From Candidatus Fervidifonticultor secundus (GTDB lineage: Bacteria > Sysuimicrobiota > Sysuimicrobiia > Sysuimicrobiales > Humicultoraceae), in assembly GCA_031459385.1 (NCBI GenBank), contig JAVKIP010000017.1:1-64000 (forward strand): a DNA stretch of 64,000 nucleotides. Reading direction: 5' to 3'. Positions 60,814 through 64,000 of this stretch are shown here, piece after piece. Both the position numbers and the translations under genes were made by a program. A model generated the notes under the pieces. That model saw only the letters and a program-made list of their open reading frames with translations, was not told the origin of the DNA and searched no databases. Numbering within the stretch: the stretch's first letter is position 1; each line of letters opens with the position of its first letter.

Positions 60814-62780
60814 CCGGTGCCTTCCAGGATGGTCGAGAGCTCGCCGGGCGCGACGAGCCCGTCATCGAGGAGCGCCAGGGCCTGCGCGCGGAGCTGCGCC
60901 TCGAGGGGGCCGGCCGCGCGCACGAGCGCCTCGGCGCGCTGCCCGGCGCGGAGCAGCGCGCGGGTCTTGGGGTCGGCGACCCACACCTGGGCCAGGGCGC
61001 GCTGCCCGCGGTAGCCGGTGAAGCCGCAGGCCTCGCAGCCCACCGGCGCGAAACGGCGCCGCCCGTCGCCTCCGGCCGGGCCGACCTGCTTGCAGGCCGG
61101 GCACAACAGCCGGACGGGATGCGCGGTGAGCACCCCGCGCAGGACCGATGCGGTGGCCGCCGGCCCCAGGCCGTCGGTCAGCTCCGCCAGCAGGTCGAGG
61201 GCGGCGGCCTGCGGATGGCCGACCAGGACGACCGCGCCCCGCGCGGCCTCCGCGGCCGCGGCCAGCGCGCCAGGCGTGCCGGCGTCGTCGACGCCGATGA
61301 GGTCGGCCCGCGCGGCGGCCACCAGGCGGATCTGCGCGGCCACCCCGTCGGGCGTCGTTAGGGTCTGGTTGATCGTTGGCCGTCGGAACACCGGCAGGGT
61401 CTCGACCGTCCAGACCTTGCCCTGGGGGGCGGCGGGCAGCAGCCCGTGCAGCAGGGTGGCGCGGGTGGCGCGGTCAGGACACCCGATCACGACCAGCCCG
61501 CGGGGTGCCCGCAGCGCCTCGTGCAGCGCGTCCAGCATCCCGGCCGCGATGCCCAGTACCCCCAGGTCTGGCGCGTCGGTGCGCTGCGGGTAGAGCGCGA
61601 CGGTGGCCGCAGGCCCCGCGGCGGTGGGGACGAAGGCCGCGACGAGGCACACGCCGACCCCGCCGGCGGACACCTCGGCCATCCCGACCCCAGGGCCCGG
61701 GTCCTGTCCTGTCAGCCGGTGCAGGTGGTCGAGGATCGCGGCGTGCAGCTCGCCGGGCGGTCCGGTCCGGTCCACCAGGGTCCCGTGAATGCGGTACCGG
61801 ATGCGGCCCTGCCCGTCGGGACCCGCGTCGAAGTGGATCTCGGTGGCGCCCTCCTGGAGCGCCTGCATCAGGTGGAACTGGAAGTACTGGACCTCGGGCG
61901 CCGCGGCCGGCGTCTCGCGCGCAGCCGCCTGTGGGCGCGCGAAGATCTGATCGAGCACTTCCGTGATGTTGGACGCGAGCGCCAGGGCCCGGTTGATGCG
62001 CAGGCCGGTACGCGCGGCCACCTCGTCGATCGTACCCTGGTCGGTGGGGTCGGCCATCGCCAGGGTCATCTCCTGGGCGAACTTCAGCACGGGTAGGACG
62101 CGCCGCTCGCGCAGGAACGACTCGGGCAGCAGCCGGACCGCCTCGACGTCCACCAGGTCTTGGGTGAGGAACACGTAGGGGTAGCCGAGTTGAGCGCTCA
62201 GCGCCCAGGCGATATCGTCTTCGGTCAGGACCCCCTGCTCCACCAGGATCTGCCCGAGGCGCTTGCCGCTGCGGACCTGCGCCTGGATGGCCTGGGCGAG
62301 CTGGTCGCGCGTCACGAGCCCGTTGGCGACCAGGATCTCGCCCAGCAGGTCACGGGGCCGTCGGGCGCCGGCGTCGTCCCCTTCCCGGGGCGCCCCGCCG
62401 CCCGGCAGGAAGCGCGAGATGGCGCGCGCGAACGTCGTAGGATCGATGGGCTTCTCGATCACGTCCGCGCATCCCGCCTGGAGCCAGAGCGCGCGGTCCT
62501 CGGGCGTAGCCATGGCACTGACCGCCACGACGGCAAGCGCGGCGCCCCACGGGCTCTCGCGCATCCGCCGCAGGACCTCGAGCCCGTGCATGTCGGGCAG
62601 GTGCATGTCGAGCAGCACCAGATCCGGCCGCGTCTCCTGTGCCAGGGCCAGGGCCTCGGCGCCCGAGCGCGCCTCCTTCACGTCGAAGCCTTCGGGCTCG
62701 AGAATGCGCCGGAGCAGCGCCAGGCTGGCAGGCTGGTCCTCCACGGCCAGAATCCGGGCGCCCGATCCCACGGGTTTCAT
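60792..62780 (-). CDS. REC + MshEN/T2SSE_N + degenerate PilB/GspE ATPase fusion
   Basis: Intact REC; LLGEILVANGL...RLGQILVEQGVL; ATEIHFD, RYRIHG; Walker A region reads GCPDRATR; CPAC..CEACGFTGYRG retained. Confidence 0.8.
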   Translation of the reverse strand: MKPVGSGARILAVEDQPASLALLRRILEPEGFDVKEARSGAEALALAQETRPDLVLLDMHLPDMHGLEVLRRMRESPWGAALAVVAVSAMATPEDRALWLQAGCADVIEKPIDPTTFARAISRFLPGGGAPREGDDAGARRPRDLLGEILVANGLVTRDQLAQAIQAQVRSGKRLGQILVEQGVLTEDDIAWALSAQLGYPYVFLTQDLVDVEAVRLLPESFLRERRVLPVLKFAQEMTLAMADPTDQGTIDEVAARTGLRINRALALASNITEVLDQIFARPQAAARETPAAAPEVQYFQFHLMQALQEGATEIHFDAGPDGQGRIRYRIHGTLVDRTGPPGELHAAILDHLHRLTGQDPGPGVGMAEVSAGGVGVCLVAAFVPTAAGPAATVALYPQRTDAPDLGVLGIAAGMLDALHEALRAPRGLVVIGCPDRATRATLLHGLLPAAPQGKVWTVETLPVFRRPTINQTLTTPDGVAAQIRLVAAARADLIGVDDAGTPGALAAAAEAARGAVVLVGHPQAAALDLLAELTDGLGPAATASVLRGVLTAHPVRLLCPACKQVGPAGGDGRRRFAPVGCEACGFTGYRGQRALAQVWVADPKTRALLRAGQRAEALVRAAGPLEAQLRAQALALLDDGLVAPGELSTILEGTGWTSPSC

Positions 62781-63307
62781 CGGTCGGATCGGCCGGGCCC
62801 GGGGACCGGCGGCGTACCGGGCCCCACCGCGCCGGCGCCGGGCGCCGGCGGCGTCCCTCGTCCCGCCCCGCCGGTGCGGCGCTGGAGTTCGTCCTCCGCG
62901 TACTTCTGGCGCAGCCGGGTGCCCACCCGCGCGGCCAGCTCGGCGGCGTCGAAGGGCTTCGTGATGTAGTCGCGCGCGCCCGCGTCGAACGCCCGCACCT
63001 TCGAGTCCACGTCGGTCAGCGCCGTCACGAAGATCACCGGGATTCGGGCCATGGCCGGATCGGCCTGCAGCGCCTCGCAGACCTCGAGGCCGCTCACGTC
63101 CGGCATCAGGATGTCCAGGAGGACCAGGTCGGGCGGGGCGGCGCGCGCGGCCGCCAGCGCCTCCGGCCCGGTCGACGCCGTCGTGACCGCACAGCGCCAT
63201 CGCCGCAGGTGCGCGGCCAGCACCGCCAGGTTGGCGGGGTTGTCGTCTACCACGAGGATGCGCGGGACGCGGTCCCCGATGAACGGCGTGAGTGGCGTCT
63301 CAGGCAT
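62777..63307 (-). CDS. Stand-alone receiver-domain response regulator
   Basis: ILVVDD, LLDILMP, VTA, KPF; Gly/Pro tail, no output domain. Confidence 0.85.
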   Translation of the reverse strand: MPETPLTPFIGDRVPRILVVDDNPANLAVLAAHLRRWRCAVTTASTGPEALAAARAAPPDLVLLDILMPDVSGLEVCEALQADPAMARIPVIFVTALTDVDSKVRAFDAGARDYITKPFDAAELAARVGTRLRQKYAEDELQRRTGGAGRGTPPAPGAGAVGPGTPPVPGPGRSDR

Positions 63308-64000
63308 GGTCCCCGTGCTCGCCGGCGCCCGGCTCCTCGCGCAGGAGGACCTGCACCACCGCCGGGTCCCACTGTCCACCGGCACCCTCGGCCAGCAGCC
63401 GCCGCGCGTCTTCGCGGGTCCGGGCGGGACGGTAGGGACGGTCGCTGGTGATGGCGTCGTACGCGTCGGCGACGGCCACGATGCGTCCGGCCAGGGGGAT
63501 CACCTCGCCCGCCAGCCCGCGCGGGTACCCTCGCCCGTCCCAGCGCTCGTGGTGGGTGTGGGCGATCTCCTCAGCCATCCGCATCAGCGGAAACCGCCCG
63601 CCGCGGAGCAGCCTGGCGCCGATGGTGGTATGGCGTTGCATGATCGCGGACTCGGCGGGGGCAAGCGGCCCCGGCTTCAGCAGGATCTGGTCCGGCATCG
63701 CGAGCTTCCCCACGTCGTGCAGGGGCGCGGTGCGCTCGATCAGCCACACGAACGGGTCCGTCAGGCCGAGCCCTCGGGCCAGCCGGGCCGCCAGCGCGCC
63801 CACGCGCCGCGTGTGCCGGCCGGTGGCGTCGTCGCGGAACTCCGCCGCGCTGGCCAGCCGATCCAGGATCTCCAGCTGCGCCTCTTCCAGCTCCAGCGTC
63901 CGCGCGCGCACCCGGTCCTCGAGCACCTCGTTCTGTCTGGCCAGCGCCTGGTGGAGGCGGCGCGTCCGCAGGAAGTTCTCGATGCGTAGCAGCACCTCCG
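63300..64000 (-). CDS. HD-GYP c-di-GMP phosphodiesterase (RpfG-like), 5' end outside window
   Basis: HTRRVG, LHDVGK, HHERWDGRGYP, VADAYDAI, RPYR. Confidence 0.9.
   Translation of the reverse strand, partial: EVLLRIENFLRTRRLHQALARQNEVLEDRVRARTLELEEAQLEILDRLASAAEFRDDATGRHTRRVGALAARLARGLGLTDPFVWLIERTAPLHDVGKLAMPDQILLKPGPLAPAESAIMQRHTTIGARLLRGGRFPLMRMAEEIAHTHHERWDGRGYPRGLAGEVIPLAGRIVAVADAYDAITSDRPYRPARTREDARRLLAEGAGGQWDPAVVQVLLREEPGAGEHGDHA

Overview
Very GC-rich, gene-dense bacterial window. The lineage cannot be determined from sequence alone; LonC, a thermitase-like protease and a large SRP RNA are compatible with a thermophilic Terrabacteria-type organism (inference). Housekeeping and accessory genes include a LonC-type protease, panE, a large Alu-containing SRP RNA, an acyl-CoA ligase, lepB, two tRNA-Ser genes, a two-component system, several TTT/ABC uptake-plus-catabolism operons, a subtilase and pilT. 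Two regions stand out. (1) A visibly more AT-rich islet next to tRNA-Ser(CGA) (~10.8-17.8 kb), with an ISL3 remnant, carries TWO fluoride (crcB-type) riboswitches, each with its own promoter and terminator, heading convergent operons. One leads a cation/H+ antiporter-USP-MFS-DUF6062-like operon. The other leads a pair of uncharacterised, mutually paralogous RHH-like/coiled-coil proteins. No Fluc/CrcB or CLC-F exporter is visible in the window. (2) A translationally coupled operon HD-GYP -> REC -> REC-MshEN-catalytically degenerate PilB/GspE -> pilT suggests a pseudo-ATPase that links phosphorelay and c-di-GMP signals to pilus retraction. Also notable is a SorC-regulated sugar/polyol operon with a palindromic operator, E1 alpha/beta without E2/E3, and a Zn-ribbon-TIM barrel fusion. 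All calls are by-eye motif recognition; no database searches were run.
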